Under the pieces are notes generated by a model, which was not told the DNA's origin, ran no database searches, and saw only the letters and a list, made by a program, of their open reading frames with translations. Shown piece by piece: positions 48,614 to 61,298 of a stretch of DNA of 61,360 bases (position 1 is its first letter; each line of letters begins with the position of its first letter). Source of the DNA: Octopus bimaculoides (Eukaryota); assembly GCF_001194135.2 (NCBI RefSeq), contig NC_068991.1, positions 54,959,290-55,020,649 of the forward strand, written 5' to 3'. Made by a program: the position numbers and the translations under genes.

Positions 48614-49420
48614 AACCCATGTTGCTATAAAAACATCTCTGGTTATTAAAGAAGGGTTTTGTTAGGGGAGTGGACCCGGAAGTTGTTCGCAAACAGCAGC
48701 AGTAATTTTCTTCAGCTGAATACACGCCATTGATTGGTTAAAATTACCCAAATACGACAATTTTAACACGAAATAACTTCTAAAATACAAAATTTTGTCA
48801 AAAACGTTAAGATTAAACCCTGTNNNNNNNNNNNNNNNNNNNNNNNNNNNNNNNNNNNNNNNNNNNNNNNNNNNNNNNNNNNNNNNNNNNNNNNNNNNNN
48901 NNNNNNNNNNNNNNNNNNNNNNNNNNNNNNNNNNNNNNNNNNNNNNNNNNNNNNNNNNNNNNNNNNNNNNNNNNNNNNNNNNNNNNNNNNNNNNNNNNNN
49001 NNNNNNNNNNNNNNNNNNNNNNNNNNNNNNNNNNNNNNNNNNNNNNNNNNNNNNNNNNNNNNNNNNNNNNNNNNNNNNNNNNNNNNNNNNNNNNNNNNNN
49101 NNNNNNNNNNNNNNNNNNNNNNNNNNNNNNNNNNNNNNNNNNNNNNNNNNNNNNNNNNNNNNNNNNNNNNNNNNNNNNNNNNNNNNNNNNNNNNNNNNNN
49201 NNNNNNNNNNNNNNNNNNNNNNNNNNNNNNNNNNNNNNNNNNNNNNNNNNNNNNNNNNNNNNNNNNNNNNNNNNNNNNNNNNNNNNNNNNNNNNNNNNNN
49301 NNNNNNNNNNNNNNNNNNNNNNNNNNNNNNNNNNNNNNNNNNNNNNNNNNNNNNNNNNNNNNNNNNNNNNNNNNNNNNNNNNNNNNNNNNNNNNNNNNNN
49401 NNNNNNNNNNNNNNNNNNNN

Positions 49421-50393
49421 TACTACGATAACACAAATAGCCAGTAATGAGACGATAGAAAAGACAACCGTATAAGATGAATAACAGAAATATTTATTGT
49501 GGCATTAAAGATGTATGTCTGTGTGTGAGTGTGTATGCGACATATAAGAACATAATCAAAGACAGGCCGTCGTACAAAGAAAAGTATGTATGTGAGTGAT
49601 ACATGTATGTGTATGTGAGATATTACAGCAGATAGAAAGAGTCAGTAACACGTGAGCATTTATACCAGTTCTTGAGTACACAATAGTATGAGTCTGTATG
49701 TGAATGAAGTGAGGCGTATGTTTGGCAGATCTTATCACTAGTTGTGCTTTGGCTTCGATGCCGGGGCCGGAATCTTGAAGACAGACGTTTATCGCAGGCT
49801 GTAACTCTTGTCTGTTTATTATCGTGGTGAAGCTAAGTCACCTAACAGAATCGAAGAGAGAGATGTGGTTTGGTTTGGTGTACATAGAAAGTCGTGTAGA
49901 CGCTGGTGGAGATTGATGCTGGTTAGTAGTAATCGTAGAATCGTGTTGGTCATGACGATGATGCTGGTTAGTAGTCGTAGACTCGTGTTGCTGTTGTGGC
50001 GGCGTTGTTGGTGGTCATCGTTGGACGAAGCTGTTGATGTGTCGCTGGCAGCCGCTGCTGCTGCTGTCGTGTGGTACACGGAACAGATCTCAAAGAGAAA
50101 CTGAACCGAGACAAATTTGCTGGGTATGAGTTGCTCTATTTAAAGCGTTAAGGGGGCTCCAAGACGGTAGCAGAAAAACACTATCACGTGACCTTATTAG
50201 GGGCCGTGATTGGTCAGTTTGCGTTCTGGCGGGAACGGTTCGAAGAAGTTGCCGCTTCAAATAATAATCAGTCACGTGATGACAAGGAGATGGGTTCTCC
50301 GCTACGCCCGCGCTTGTTTATATTTAAATGAGAAGATTGTATGTAATGGCGATAGTAGTTTTGTCTCTAATGGCGATAGGTAGTTTCACTACA
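49421..50393 (-). mobile_element. Putative LTR or promoter-bearing retroelement terminal region
   Basis: Minus strand starts TGTAGTG and carries 2x GTCACGTGAT, CCAAT, TTTAAATAG and a downstream AATAAA (49493-98); it ends at a gap. Confidence 0.4.
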
Positions 50394-50514
50394 ACTCACA
50401 TGATAGGTATGTTAACCAATCACTACAGATTAGCATGATGAGCCTATATAAACCAACTTAATGCTCCCTTCCAAGGCGGCGAGCTAGCACGCCGGGCGAA
50501 ATGCTTTGTGGTAT

Positions 50515-51030
50515 AACGTCTCCGTGAGTTTGGATTTATCAGTAATTATTTGGGTGCGTTTGTATAGTAAGTGCAAGTTTCTATTGACTGTTTTTGTGTT
50601 ATTTCCTGTTATAATTAGTGTTCCTGTTATGATTATTTGTGTGATAGTCTTCGTTCGAAAACTATCGTGTGTTTTCCCCTGTGGGGGAAACACTAATTGC
50701 TGGCAAGATGCCGAATAGTGTAACTTCGTCTGGCGAAGAGTCGTCAACCGATGCAAAAAAGATTGAAAGTTTATTGTTTGGAGATGTTTCGGATTCTTCT
50801 GAAGGGGAATTTCCCAAACCATCGAATTGTACTGTTACAAAGAGGAATATTGATGTGAAAAGCCTTCAAACAGAAGAAAATAAACCAAAAAGAAGTTTTG
50901 CGTCGGCGGCTGGAGGTGGAACACGCCAGCTGTCGACGAATAAAAAGGACTTACTAATGTACAAAGACATGATTACAATTCAAGACGGCGTTGTCAAGGT
51001 TCAACCTCCAGAAGTCTATTTATTGTCAGA
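50515..51030 (+). mobile_element. Possible 5'UTR and ORF1 N-terminus of an L1/Tx1-type LINE
   Basis: ATG at 50708, MPNSVTSSGEESS...KPKRSFASAAGG; ends at an A-run. Confidence 0.35.
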
Positions 51031-51140
51031 AAAAAAAAAAAAATTTACGGAAAGCGACGATCTTCTTCAGAAACATAAACAAATACACGTGCCTTAAATA
51101 TGACAATTATGGTACTCATACTGTAATTTAGCCATTTATT

Positions 51141-51999
51141 TTAATATTGGATAGGACGGTCTTTGGCAGTAATTATAGCTTGAATTCTACAAGGTATGGA
51201 CTCATACAAAGTTTGAATTGCTTCCGAAGTAATTTTTGTCCATTCTTCAGCTAAAACAGTCTCCAGTTCTTGTAGTGATGATGCTGGAAGATATCGACTC
51301 CTTACTTGTTCTTCTAAAATGCACCATAAATGTTCAGTAATGTTGAGATCTGGGGACTGTGGTGGCCAGATAAGATGTTCAACTTCACTAGAATGCTCTT
51401 CGTGCCATTCAGTAACAACTTTAGCTGTGTGAATTGGTGCATTATCATCCTGAAAGATTGCATTTCCCTCCGGAAACAGTTCCGCAACCATAGGATGAAT
51501 TTGATCAGATAAAATGCTTAAATAGTCTTGACTATTAATTCTGCCATGAAGGGAAACCATAGGGCCGGCGGATTTTCAAGATATAGTCCCCCAGATCATC
51601 ACAGATCCCCCTCTATGTTTAACAGTTGAAAGAAGGCAGTCTGGGTCAAATGCTTCTTTTGGCTGTCTCCACACTTATACTCGGCCGGTGGTTGGAAATA
51701 AAGTCAATGATGACTCGTCCGAGAAAATAAAATTCTTCCACTGCTCTAGGGACCAATTCTAAACGCTTTGCAGCTCCACTCCAAACGCTTTGCAACGTTT
51801 GTTTTTGAAAGTAGTGGTTTTCTGATTGTAGCCCTCCCGTGAAATCTGGCTTTGTGCAGCTCCCGGCGAACAGTTTTTGTGGAAACTGGGTTCTCAAGGT
51901 GGTCATTAAGTTCTGCAGTAATTTTGGGAGCTGTACTTTTGTGATCTTTTCCAACAATTCGCGTAAGTCCCAATCTGAAAGTTTTGGTTTTCTTCCGGA
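51141..51999 (-). mobile_element. Tc1-like transposase pseudogene fragment, continuing into a gap
   Basis: FQDDNAPIHTA, WPPQSPDLNITEHLW and RKPLLSKTN; frameshifted. Confidence 0.92.
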
Positions 52000-53387
52000 N
52001 NNNNNNNNNNNNNNNNNNNNNNNNNNNNNNNNNNNNNNNNNNNNNNNNNNNNNNNNNNNNNNNNNNNNNNNNNNNNNNNNNNNNNNNNNNNNNNNNNNNN
52101 NNNNNNNNNNNNNNNNNNNNNNNNNNNNNNNNNNNNNNNNNNNNNNNNNNNNNNNNNNNNNNNNNNNNNNNNNNNNNNNNNNNNNNNNNNNNNNNNNNNN
52201 NNNNNNNNNNNNNNNNNNNNNNNNNNNNNNNNNNNNNNNNNNNNNNNNNNNNNNNNNNNNNNNNNNNNNNNNNNNNNNNNNNNNNNNNNNNNNNNNNNNN
52301 NNNNNNNNNNNNNNNNNNNNNNNNNNNNNNNNNNNNNNNNNNNNNNNNNNNNNNNNNNNNNNNNNNNNNNNNNNNNNNNNNNNNNNNNNNNNNNNNNNNN
52401 NNNNNNNNNNNNNNNNNNNNNNNNNNNNNNNNNNNNNNNNNNNNNNGCTGGAGTTATTTTAATTTTTCCAGAAAAATGTCGAAAATGTTATAGAGATTTA
52501 AAATCTGATCATTTTAGAAACGAGGTATGATAGCTGTCATTTTGTGCGTGACAGCACGTTGTCAACTGTAAACAAATCAAATTCTGCTCTACGCACGCCA
52601 TATAAACCCTCATAACTTTTTAATTTTTTGGTATTTTCAAAAAAATTTTGTGAATATGTATTTTACACATAGGAATTCATGCGATTGTCAAAAAAAAAAA
52701 AAAAATTTTTGGTGCATGATTTAAGGTCTATTTGGCTGCTATTTTTAGCACATCTGACAACCACCTCAATGAGTGGAAAATATTTGTCAACACGTGCTTT
52801 CTCGCACACAAAAAATGTTCTCATGTTCCGCTTGTTACTATGGAAACAGGTATGAATGTGTCTGTGGCTTACGATTGACTAAAATACCCAAAATTTTCAA
52901 ACTTTAATTGCTAATAACTCTTTATTTATTGATTTTCACATAAGTCATTAGCCTATAAAGGTATATCGTTATACTGAATATGAAATCAATTCGAACAGAA
53001 ATGATGCTGGAAACTAAAATGACTACATCCAAAATTTGTACTAAGGTCGATTTGTATAGCTAACCCCTTTCAAGGTGGTGCTCCAGCATGACCGCTGTTC
53101 AGTGACTGAAGCAAATAAAATGTTCTGATTTGAGGGAACCCAGTATTATTTATAGAACCATGTTAGGCGCTCATAGTGTCACATCACAAGGGAGGCCACT
53201 GTGTTATGTAAATCAACTGCTTATCTTCACTTTCAGCTATAAAACGTAGGTTATGATTTCAATAAAGAGCGCAAATAAATATTTATTGCATGGCAGTCCT
53301 TAAGTTTATGAAACTAAACTTACACAAAACGCACGTTCTGAAAATACATTTACCGAAACACTGTTTTTCGTAAATCATTTTGCGAAT

Positions 53388-53875
53388 CTCTGGTTTAAGC
53401 ACCTAATATAACCCTTCATAACATTTTATATTTTTTGGAATTTTCAGAAAATTTTTTGCGTATTTATGTTCCATACACGCGAATTCATACGCTTTTAATT
53501 TTTTACCTCCCCCATAAATCCCAAAAGTTCCACTTTTTCGAATTTTTTTTTCTTTTAGAGTTTAAAATACGGACAGCCCGAATTTTCTGCCAAAATTCCA
53601 GCAATGGACCACTCTTGGGTCATTTATCATTCCATTAAATGTGCTTATAAGGAGAAAAATATTGAAAAACATCAATACATGTCAGAGTAGCAAAGAATCG
53701 AGGAAGGTATCAGGTGGTCATGAGGTGTGCTAAAAACAACAGCTAAATATCACGCACAAAATCTTTTGTCTTTTTTTTTCTAAAAAAAATACGAATTCGC
53801 AAAAAGTTTTCTGAAAATTTCAAAAAAGTTTTTTTGAAAAACCATGAGGGGTTATCTGGGGTGCTTAAACCAGAG
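53388..53875. mobile_element. Unclassified TIR element (MITE)
   Basis: CTCTGGTTTAAGCACC / GGTGCTTAAACCAGAG with extended imperfect arms; related arms at about 12880-13070 and 52550-52720. Confidence 0.55.
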
Positions 53876-54590
53876 TTACGTCAATCATTTTATTCTATGA
53901 TCTTCCAATAACACGAATAATATTTGTAAGTCAAATATGAAAATGAAAAATAAAATAAAAATGTCTTTACTAAGTCGAATACATTTCAAGTGATATTTAC
54001 TTCACTAGGGAATAAATAATAATAATTAGTTTTTATTAAAAAGTTGGTGATGCAAACTGGAAGATTGCACGCTCGGCAAATGTTTAGCAGCGTTTTGTCT
54101 GTTTGTATGTTCTGAGTTCAAATTCCGCCAAGGTCAACTTTACCTGTCATCCCTTTCGGAGGTCAATAAGATAAGTACCAGTTGAGTACTGGAATCGATG
54201 TAATCGACTATTCACTTCCCCCAATATTTGAGGCTTTTTGCCTATAGTAGAAAGGGTAACCTTTTAGTATACGGTGCTGGGGAAAAAAAAAATTAATTAA
54301 AGGGGAAATAATTAGGTTCTCATACCTAAATAATGGTATGTACACTCACGAAGTGATTTTGTATCAGGAGAACTTATTAGATCCGACAAATAACGATATC
54401 CAATCGCAAAATATGCAGGTAAAAAGAAAATTACGATGTTGAGCCAAATTAAAGAAATAATAACTGTAATCATTATTTTCAAATTATTCTCAATTATAAT
54501 TTAAGACTTACAATATTAATGTTAGACATAACATAGTAACCTCCCTTCTTCTGCGAAATCCTTACAGTGCTCCTCGACAGCACAAACACT

Positions 54591-54797
54591 TACTCTTTTA
54601 CTTGTTTCAGTCTTTTGACTGTGGCCATGCTGGAGCACCGCCTTTAGTCGAGCAAATCGACCCCAGGACTTATTCTTTGGAAGCCTAGTACTTATTCTAT
54701 CGATCTCTTTTGCCGAACCGCTAAGTTACGGGGACATAAACACACCAGCATCGGTTGTCAAGCGATGTTGGGGGGACAAACACAGACATACAAACAA

Positions 54798-54840
<43 letters not shown>

Positions 54841-55016
54841 CATATATACGACAGGCTTCTTTCAGTTTCCNNNNNNNNNNNNNNNNNNNNNNNNNNNNNN
54901 NNNNNNNNNNNNNNNNNNNNNNNNNNNNNNNNNNNNNNNNNNNNNNNNNGTGGGACTGAACCCGGGACCATGTGGCTGGTAAGCAAGCTACTTACCACAC
55001 AGCCACTCCTACGCCT
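54591..55016 (-). mobile_element. Young octopus tRNA-derived SINE with internal (CA)/(TA) microsatellite
   Basis: Intact head AGGCGTAGGAGTGGCTGTGTGGTAAGTAGCTTGC and tail; CpGs retained; internal gap. Confidence 0.88.
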
Positions 55017-55839
55017 ATGTTAATTTTTTTAGTATTCTTTTCCTCAAGGCAAGGACATCAACATATTTTCATATGAAAATGGATACTCCTGTTGTCATTT
55101 AGTAAAACATGTCACGGTCATGACTAAAGGAAAACTCTACTTTTTGGTTATCTCACCCTCATTAAAAAATTGGGTTATCTCCCCACGTTTTATGAAAAAT
55201 ATCGGTACTTTTGGTTATCTCCCCCACCTAAAAAAATTGTTTAACCCTCAATAAAACAAAAAACAAAAACATGAAAAAAAATCAATAAACATGAAAACTG
55301 AAAAAAATTAATAAACAGGAAAGCTGAAAAAAATGAATCAACTTATTGACTCTAATAACATTTTTATAAGAAATCATACCATGCCGATTGAGGAGGTCAA
55401 ACGTCAACAATGCGTTGAAGTATTGAATCGAAAGGATCTAACACTTTTAATCCAATCTCTTGTTCTTCTAGCACATTAACCGTCCACCTAGTGGTCTCCT
55501 TTATATATGCATATACAATAATCCTTTGAGATCTCATATAATTTTTCTGAGTCTCCTGATTCTTTCAATGTACTAGTTCCACGGTAACCCTAACCCCGAG
55601 AAAGTTAAGTAGGGGGTGCAATATTGAATTTTGCACCCCCAAAAAATTTTAGGGTGTTTAAAGTGCACCCCTGTTCCCGGGTCCTTGAGTACAAGACAAT
55701 ACAAAGAATGTGTGTGAGTGTGTATTGTGAGGTTTTGCGTGTAAATAGGTTTAACGTCATAAAAAAAATTAACAATGTATAATCCTCAATAGAGAGGAAA
55801 CGTTCAAGGGCTTCTCATGGAAAACCTCCATAAAATCAC

Positions 55840-56200
55840 GGGTGCCCTGACTTCTCCCCAAGAACGTCGACACAATTTCCCTCCACTAATCCTCTATAGA
55901 ATGCTAAAGTGGACTTTCCATCTATCGCAGTGTCCGACTGGCCGAGGTCTGAGAGCGCTTTAAGACATTCCACTTTCCAAATGCTTTCTCTCGGTCTCTA
56001 ATCAACCCAGGACTGCAGATCAATTAACGAGACGAGTCGGGGAAATATATGTCTAGCGAACGGTGATCACACCTGTTCACCATCAGGGATGCACTGGAGA
56101 TGTCGTAGCCTTAGTGAATGTCTGCCTATCAGTAACCACGACATGCCCAGGTAACCACCCAGCGGGTATTGACAGCAGATTGACCACCTGAACATCAGAA
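55840..56200 (-). mobile_element. Probable L1/Tx1-clade ORF2 fragment
   Basis: Minus-strand translation FPRLVSLIDLQSW...WKVECLKAL...GKSTLAFYRGLVEG, with stops. Confidence 0.45.
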
Positions 56201-56583
56201 TGCGTCCCTTTCACAAGAAGCGGAATAATTCTTTTTGCAAAAGGCACAAGGCCTGAAATTTTGGTGGGTGGGGTCTAGTTAGTTATATCGCGTCCAGTGC
56301 TCAACTGGTACTTATTTGATCAACCTCGAAAGGATGAAAGGCAAAGTCGACCTCCGTGGAATTTGAACTCAGAACATAAGGTTGGATGAAATACCGGTAA
56401 CATTTTTTTCTTTTCTTTTCTTTCTTGATGTTTAGTCATAAGTCGACGGTGATGAAGCAAGTCGACGATCAAAGATATTTCAGCTATGATCATTCCCGTG
56501 TTATTTTGGTCATGCTGTACTCCACATTACACTTGTCCAATGGACCATATTTTTAATCCTTTGCATGTCATGGGTATTATATA

Positions 56584-58069
56584 CATGGAGGGGTTGAACA
56601 AAATAACGGAAACACCTGGCATCATAGTATCATAATTTTGAAATATCNNNNNNNNNNNNNNNNNNNNNNNNNNNNNNNNNNNNNNNNNNNNNNNNNNNNN
56701 NNNNNNNNNNNNNNNNNNNNNNNNNNNNNNNNNNNNNNNNNNNNNNNNNNNNNNNNNNNNNNNNNNNNNNNNNNNNNNNNNNNNNNNNNNNNNNNNNNNN
56801 NNNNNNNNNNNNNNNNNNNNNNNNNNNNNNNNNNNNNNNNNNNNNNNNNNNNNNNNNNNNNNNNNNNNNNNNNNNNNNNNNNNNNNNNNNNNNNNNNNNN
56901 NNNNNNNNNNTAGTGTTGCTCAATATGTTTTCCTAAAATTGCTGTTTCTTTTTAGATATCATAAAAAAAAGGTAATAAAAATTCATTAAAATGACAGATC
57001 TATCGGACTTTCAAAGAGGTCAAATTGTTGGTGCTCATGTGGCAGGCGCTAGCGTAACGAAAATATCCAAAATGTTTGGTGCATCTTGAAGTACTCTCTC
57101 GAAAGTAATGACAGCCTTTGAGAAAGAGGGAAAAACCTCCTCGTCGAAACAAAATTCCGGAAGAAAACCAAAACTTTCAGATAGAGAGTGTCAGACTCGT
57201 ACGCGAATTATTAGACAGGATCACAAAAGTACAGCTCCCAAAATGACTGCAGAACTTAATGACCACCTTGAGAACCCAGTTTCCACAAAAACTGTTCACC
57301 GGTAGCTGCACAAAGCCAGATTTCACGAGAGGGCTACAATCAGAAAACCACTACTTTCAAAAACAAACGTTGCAAAGCATTTACAGTGGAGTAAAAACCT
57401 ACAGAATTGGTCCCTTGAGCGGTGGAAGAATATTATTTTCTCGGACGAGTCATCCTTTACCTTATTTCCGACCACCGGCTGAGTATACGTGTGGAAACAG
57501 CCAAAAGAAGCATTTGACCCAGACTGCCTTCTTTCAACTGTTAAACATGGAGGAGGATCTGTGGGGCAGGGCTATATCTTGAAAATCCGCCAGCCCAATG
57601 GTTTCCTTTCATGGCAGAATTAATAGTTAAGACTACTTAAGCATTTTATCTGACCAAATTCATCCTATGGTTGCGGAACTGTTTCCGGAGGGAAAGGTAA
57701 TCATTCAGGATAATAATGCACCAATTCACACAGCTAAAGTTGTTACTGAAAGGCACGAGGAACATTCTAGTGAAGTTGAACATCTAATCTGGCCACCACA
57801 TTCCCCAGATCTCAATATTCTTGAACATTTATGGTGCGTTTTAGTCAAACAAGTAAGGAGTCGATATCCTCCACCATCATCACTACAAGAATTGGAGACT
57901 GTTTTAGCTGAAGAATGGACAAAAATTCCTTTGGAAACAATTCAAACTTTGTATGAGTCCATACCTCGTAGAATTCAAGCTGTAATTACTGCCAAAGGCA
58001 GTCCTACAGCATATTAAAATAGATTTGTTTGAAATTTTAAGATGTTTCCATTATTTTGTCCAACCCCTG
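56584..58069 (+). mobile_element. Tc1-like (DD34E) transposon, near full length, inactive
   Basis: TIRs ..GGGTTGAACAAAATAACGGAAACA / TGTTTCCATTATTTTGTCCAACCCCTG|TA; MTDLSDFQRGQIVG, FSDESSF, QDNNAPIH and WPPHSPDLNILE; in-frame stops and a frameshift. Confidence 0.95.
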
Positions 58070-59069
58070 TATATGCTACACATTCCTAATTTTTCCAACC
58101 ACCAGAGTAACTTAACACTTCTGAAAGGAAAGCTTACTTAGAATATATGAAACGAAGGCCGGCTTAAGTCTGAAAACAAGTATGGACGTTTAGGGGTCAA
58201 TTTTTAAAAAAATACATTGGACAAGTAAAGAGTTGGGACAGCAGTGTGTAGATTGAGCAAAATTTGGCTGTTATTTCTAGTGAGACAGATAATCACGTTG
58301 GGGTTCACTTAGGTTGGATTTTTAAAAATATCTTTAATATTCTGTTTCTTCTTGAGTTCAAATTCCGCCAAGGTCGACTCTGCCTTTCATCCTTTCGGGG
58401 CTGATAGATTAAGTACCAGTTGCGTACTGGAGTAGATCTAATTGACTGGTCCCCTCCCCCAAAATTTCGAGCCTTGTGCCTAGAGTAGAAAGGAATATTC
58501 TGTTTGATCTGAGTACAATTGTAAAAAATTGGGTTCTGGATTAACCTCAATAAGATTATAGAAGAGAGAAACGAAAATGTTAGGTATTGAACATCCATTC
58601 AAGTAATAGTTGGCTATCGGGAGATACTTACTATTTTTCTATTTCACAAATAGCCAAACACTTGTAGAATGTGCAGTACAAGACCAGTAAATTGTTAAAC
58701 TAATTATTTACATCATAGATCTACACTTGTTCAAAGATGATTGGTGATAATTTTGACTTGAAATCCTCATTTTGTAATATTCGATAATGCTGTTGGCGAT
58801 CCTAGACTATTCATATCACAAATTGTTAAACTGCAACTGGTATCAGTTTGTTTGGCAGCTATGGAAGTTGGATTAATTCAGGCGCCATAATGCTCTCAGC
58901 TTGTACGTCATTGATATTTTGTGCTGCAATTAAAAAAGAAATTTTTTAGCTGTTATTGTTGAATAATTTTTGTGCTGTCGTTTAAGTGTGTGCGTGTGCG
59001 TAATATATGGATATATAATATATAGATATGTATGTGTTGATATGAGTGTGTGTGTGTGTCTTTGGCATA

Positions 59070-59440
59070 ACTACGGATATGTGCCCCTCCACCCGATTTC
59101 GTTTCTTAACTTTCTGAAAAACTGATTTTTTAAATAAAATTTTCAAAAATTACTTTTCAGATGATTTAGATTACGACTATATCAGAATCTGATGTGAACA
59201 AAAATTAATGGGAACGGGGTGAGATCGGATAATTTACACACACCATTCAACATATGAGAAAACATTCTTGTATGTGAATTATCCGACCCCATCGTCCCTT
59301 ACTCAATTATTTTTCACACTCAGATTCTGACATAATCGTAATCTGCATCATCCGAAATATGTTTCTCGGAAATTTTGTTAAAAATATCCGTTTTTCAGAA
59401 AAATATTAGGAAACAAATGGAAGAGTATAAATATGTACCC
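59070..59440. mobile_element. Fold-back (palindromic) MITE
   Basis: Arms such as GATTACGACTATATCAGAATCTGA / TCAGATTCTGACATAATCGTAATC and CGGATAATTTACAC / GTGAATTATCCG; a related arm at about 60030-60090. Confidence 0.7.
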
Positions 59441-59770
59441 TTTTGCAGCCTGTCCAGTAAATTGTGTTGAATAGAGTTAAGGCACATACTGAGATTGAAA
59501 AGATCCAATTTAAGTAAATTATTTAGACATTAGGGAAAAAGTCCCTTAAATCAACCAAACTGCTTTGTTTTATTGAATTATGATTAGTTAAATAAAACAG
59601 TAATATCTAGAAAGGCTTGTCAGTTCGCTTCATGATCTGGAAAAGGTGTTGCCTCGGAATATGGCGAGGGAGATGCGCTGGAACCGCCACTATTATCCGA
59701 AACTCCTCTCCATCCCTTCCAAAAAAACTGTTCACAACAAATTCTGGTATAACCCTAATCTACGCCATTT

Positions 59771-59986
59771 GGTAAATTTTCAGATTAACACCCGCACGAT
59801 TTTCACTAGGGTGTTACGGTTAGGGTTTTAGGGTCAGGGTTAGGGTTTTAAGGTTAGGGTTTTAGGGTTAGGGTTAGGGAATTCCGTCCCTAACCCTAAC
59901 CGTAATCCTAACCCTAACTCTAAAACCGTAACCCTGACCCTAAAACCCTAGTGAAAATCGTGCGGGTGTTAATCTGAAAATTTACC
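59771..59986. mobile_element. Merlin-like MITE (216 bp) with telomeric core
   Basis: TIRs GGTAAATTTTCAGATTAACACCCGCACGATTTTCACTAGGG / reverse complement; perfect 8-bp TSD CGCCATTT. Confidence 0.9.
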
Positions 59987-60459
59987 CGCCATTTAAAATA
60001 TACTTCTGGAAGATTTCATTAAAAAAAATACGCATTTTCCAGAAAATTAGAAAGAAACGAAACCAGTGGGGAACAGATATGACCCTCCCCTATTTGTGTT
60101 TCAGTTTTGATGTTGAATTTGTTGTCACCCAACGATTTTGTTAGAAAGCGGGTGAATGTAACAAGACTGGTTTGAGTGAGCGGCCTACTCTAAGCATGCA
60201 CTTGCAGATTAAAGGAGGACGACGACACTAACCCAGTGGTCAGGGAGACCGTGGTTTTGTGGGGCCTCCAGCAGCAGTCCTAGGAAGCCTCCACCTTTTA
60301 GATAAATTTATTGTTAGTTTCTTTTATACTTTTTACACGCTTTTTATGTAACCTCACATTGTATTGTCCTATACCGTCCCTAATGTTTTTTTAATGAGCC
60401 CTTAGTGGTTAATAAAAGAGCATCATCATCACTAACAGTAGCAGTAGTAGTAGTTGTTG

Positions 60460-60700
60460 TTTTAAGTCGACGAGCTGACAGTATCATTATGGCGCCACAC
60501 AAAATGCTTGGCAACATTTCGTCCGTCGTTACGCTTAGAGTTCAAATTCTGCCGAGCTCGACTTTATCTTTCTTCCTGTCGGGGTTGATAAATTTAGTAC
60601 CAGTCGAGCACTGGAGCCGATATAATCAACGAGTTTTCTCCCCTAAATTTCAGGCCTTGCTTATTGTAGTAGACAGGATTATTATTATTATTATTATTAT
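60460..60700 (+). mobile_element. SINE with Nin/Deu-like central domain and (ATT)n tail
   Basis: GAGTTCAAATTCTGCCGAG...CTTTCTTCCTGTCGGGGTTGATAAATTTAGTACCAG; copies at about 22350-22510, 24055-24240, 54060-54260, 56215-56400 (-) and 58325-58500. Confidence 0.75.
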
Positions 60701-61086
60701 TTGTTTTGCTCACGGTGGGGCCTGTAAGCTGCTCCGCGATCTGTTAGAAATCGAAATCCCTCTTCTTTCACACCCATCTTACAGATCAACAACAAAGATT
60801 CTAAACAGACTGATACATTCACACCTTCCTATCTCAGTTAACAACACAAAAATTAATAATAATGAAAACAATAAAAAAAAAAGTTCAATGAGGCCAGAAT
60901 ATATGAACAACAATAACGGCATCATAAAAAATATTAACTGCGCCCCAAAATATCTTGTTTATGACAAGCTGCATACCAGCTTGTTTGACATCTAATTATA
61001 TCCTCTTAAAATCTAGTTTTCTTTAGCATTTACATAAATGGTTGTATATATAAATTTATACTAAATTTCTTTCTTTGTCTAATATA

Positions 61087-61298
61087 CAGGGTGTCCACAA
61101 GGTCTGGGTACACAGAGTAGATAAAATCATAGCATAGACAATCAAATATAAGAAATAATAATTTCTTCAAGTATGTGTTAATCCCCATGTGGGTACATGG
61201 AGTAGATAAAATCATAACATAAACAATTAAATATAAGAAATAATAATTTCTTAAAGTATGTGTTAATCCCCATGTACCCAGACTTTGTTGACACCCTG
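61087..61298. mobile_element. Tc1/mariner-superfamily MITE with an internal ~85-bp tandem duplication
   Basis: TA|CAGGGTGTCCACAAGGTCTGGGTACA ... TGTACCCAGACTTTGTTGACACCCTG|TA. Confidence 0.85.

Noticed and set aside
819-59986. Functional link between the TRF2/HOY1-like gene and nearby telomeric MITEs
   Set aside because: The link rests only on the domain name; the MITEs look abundant and no Myb or telomere-binding domain is visible.
60405-60995. 196-aa ORF
   Set aside because: It runs through a SINE and (GTA)/(ATT) repeats, with no protein motif.
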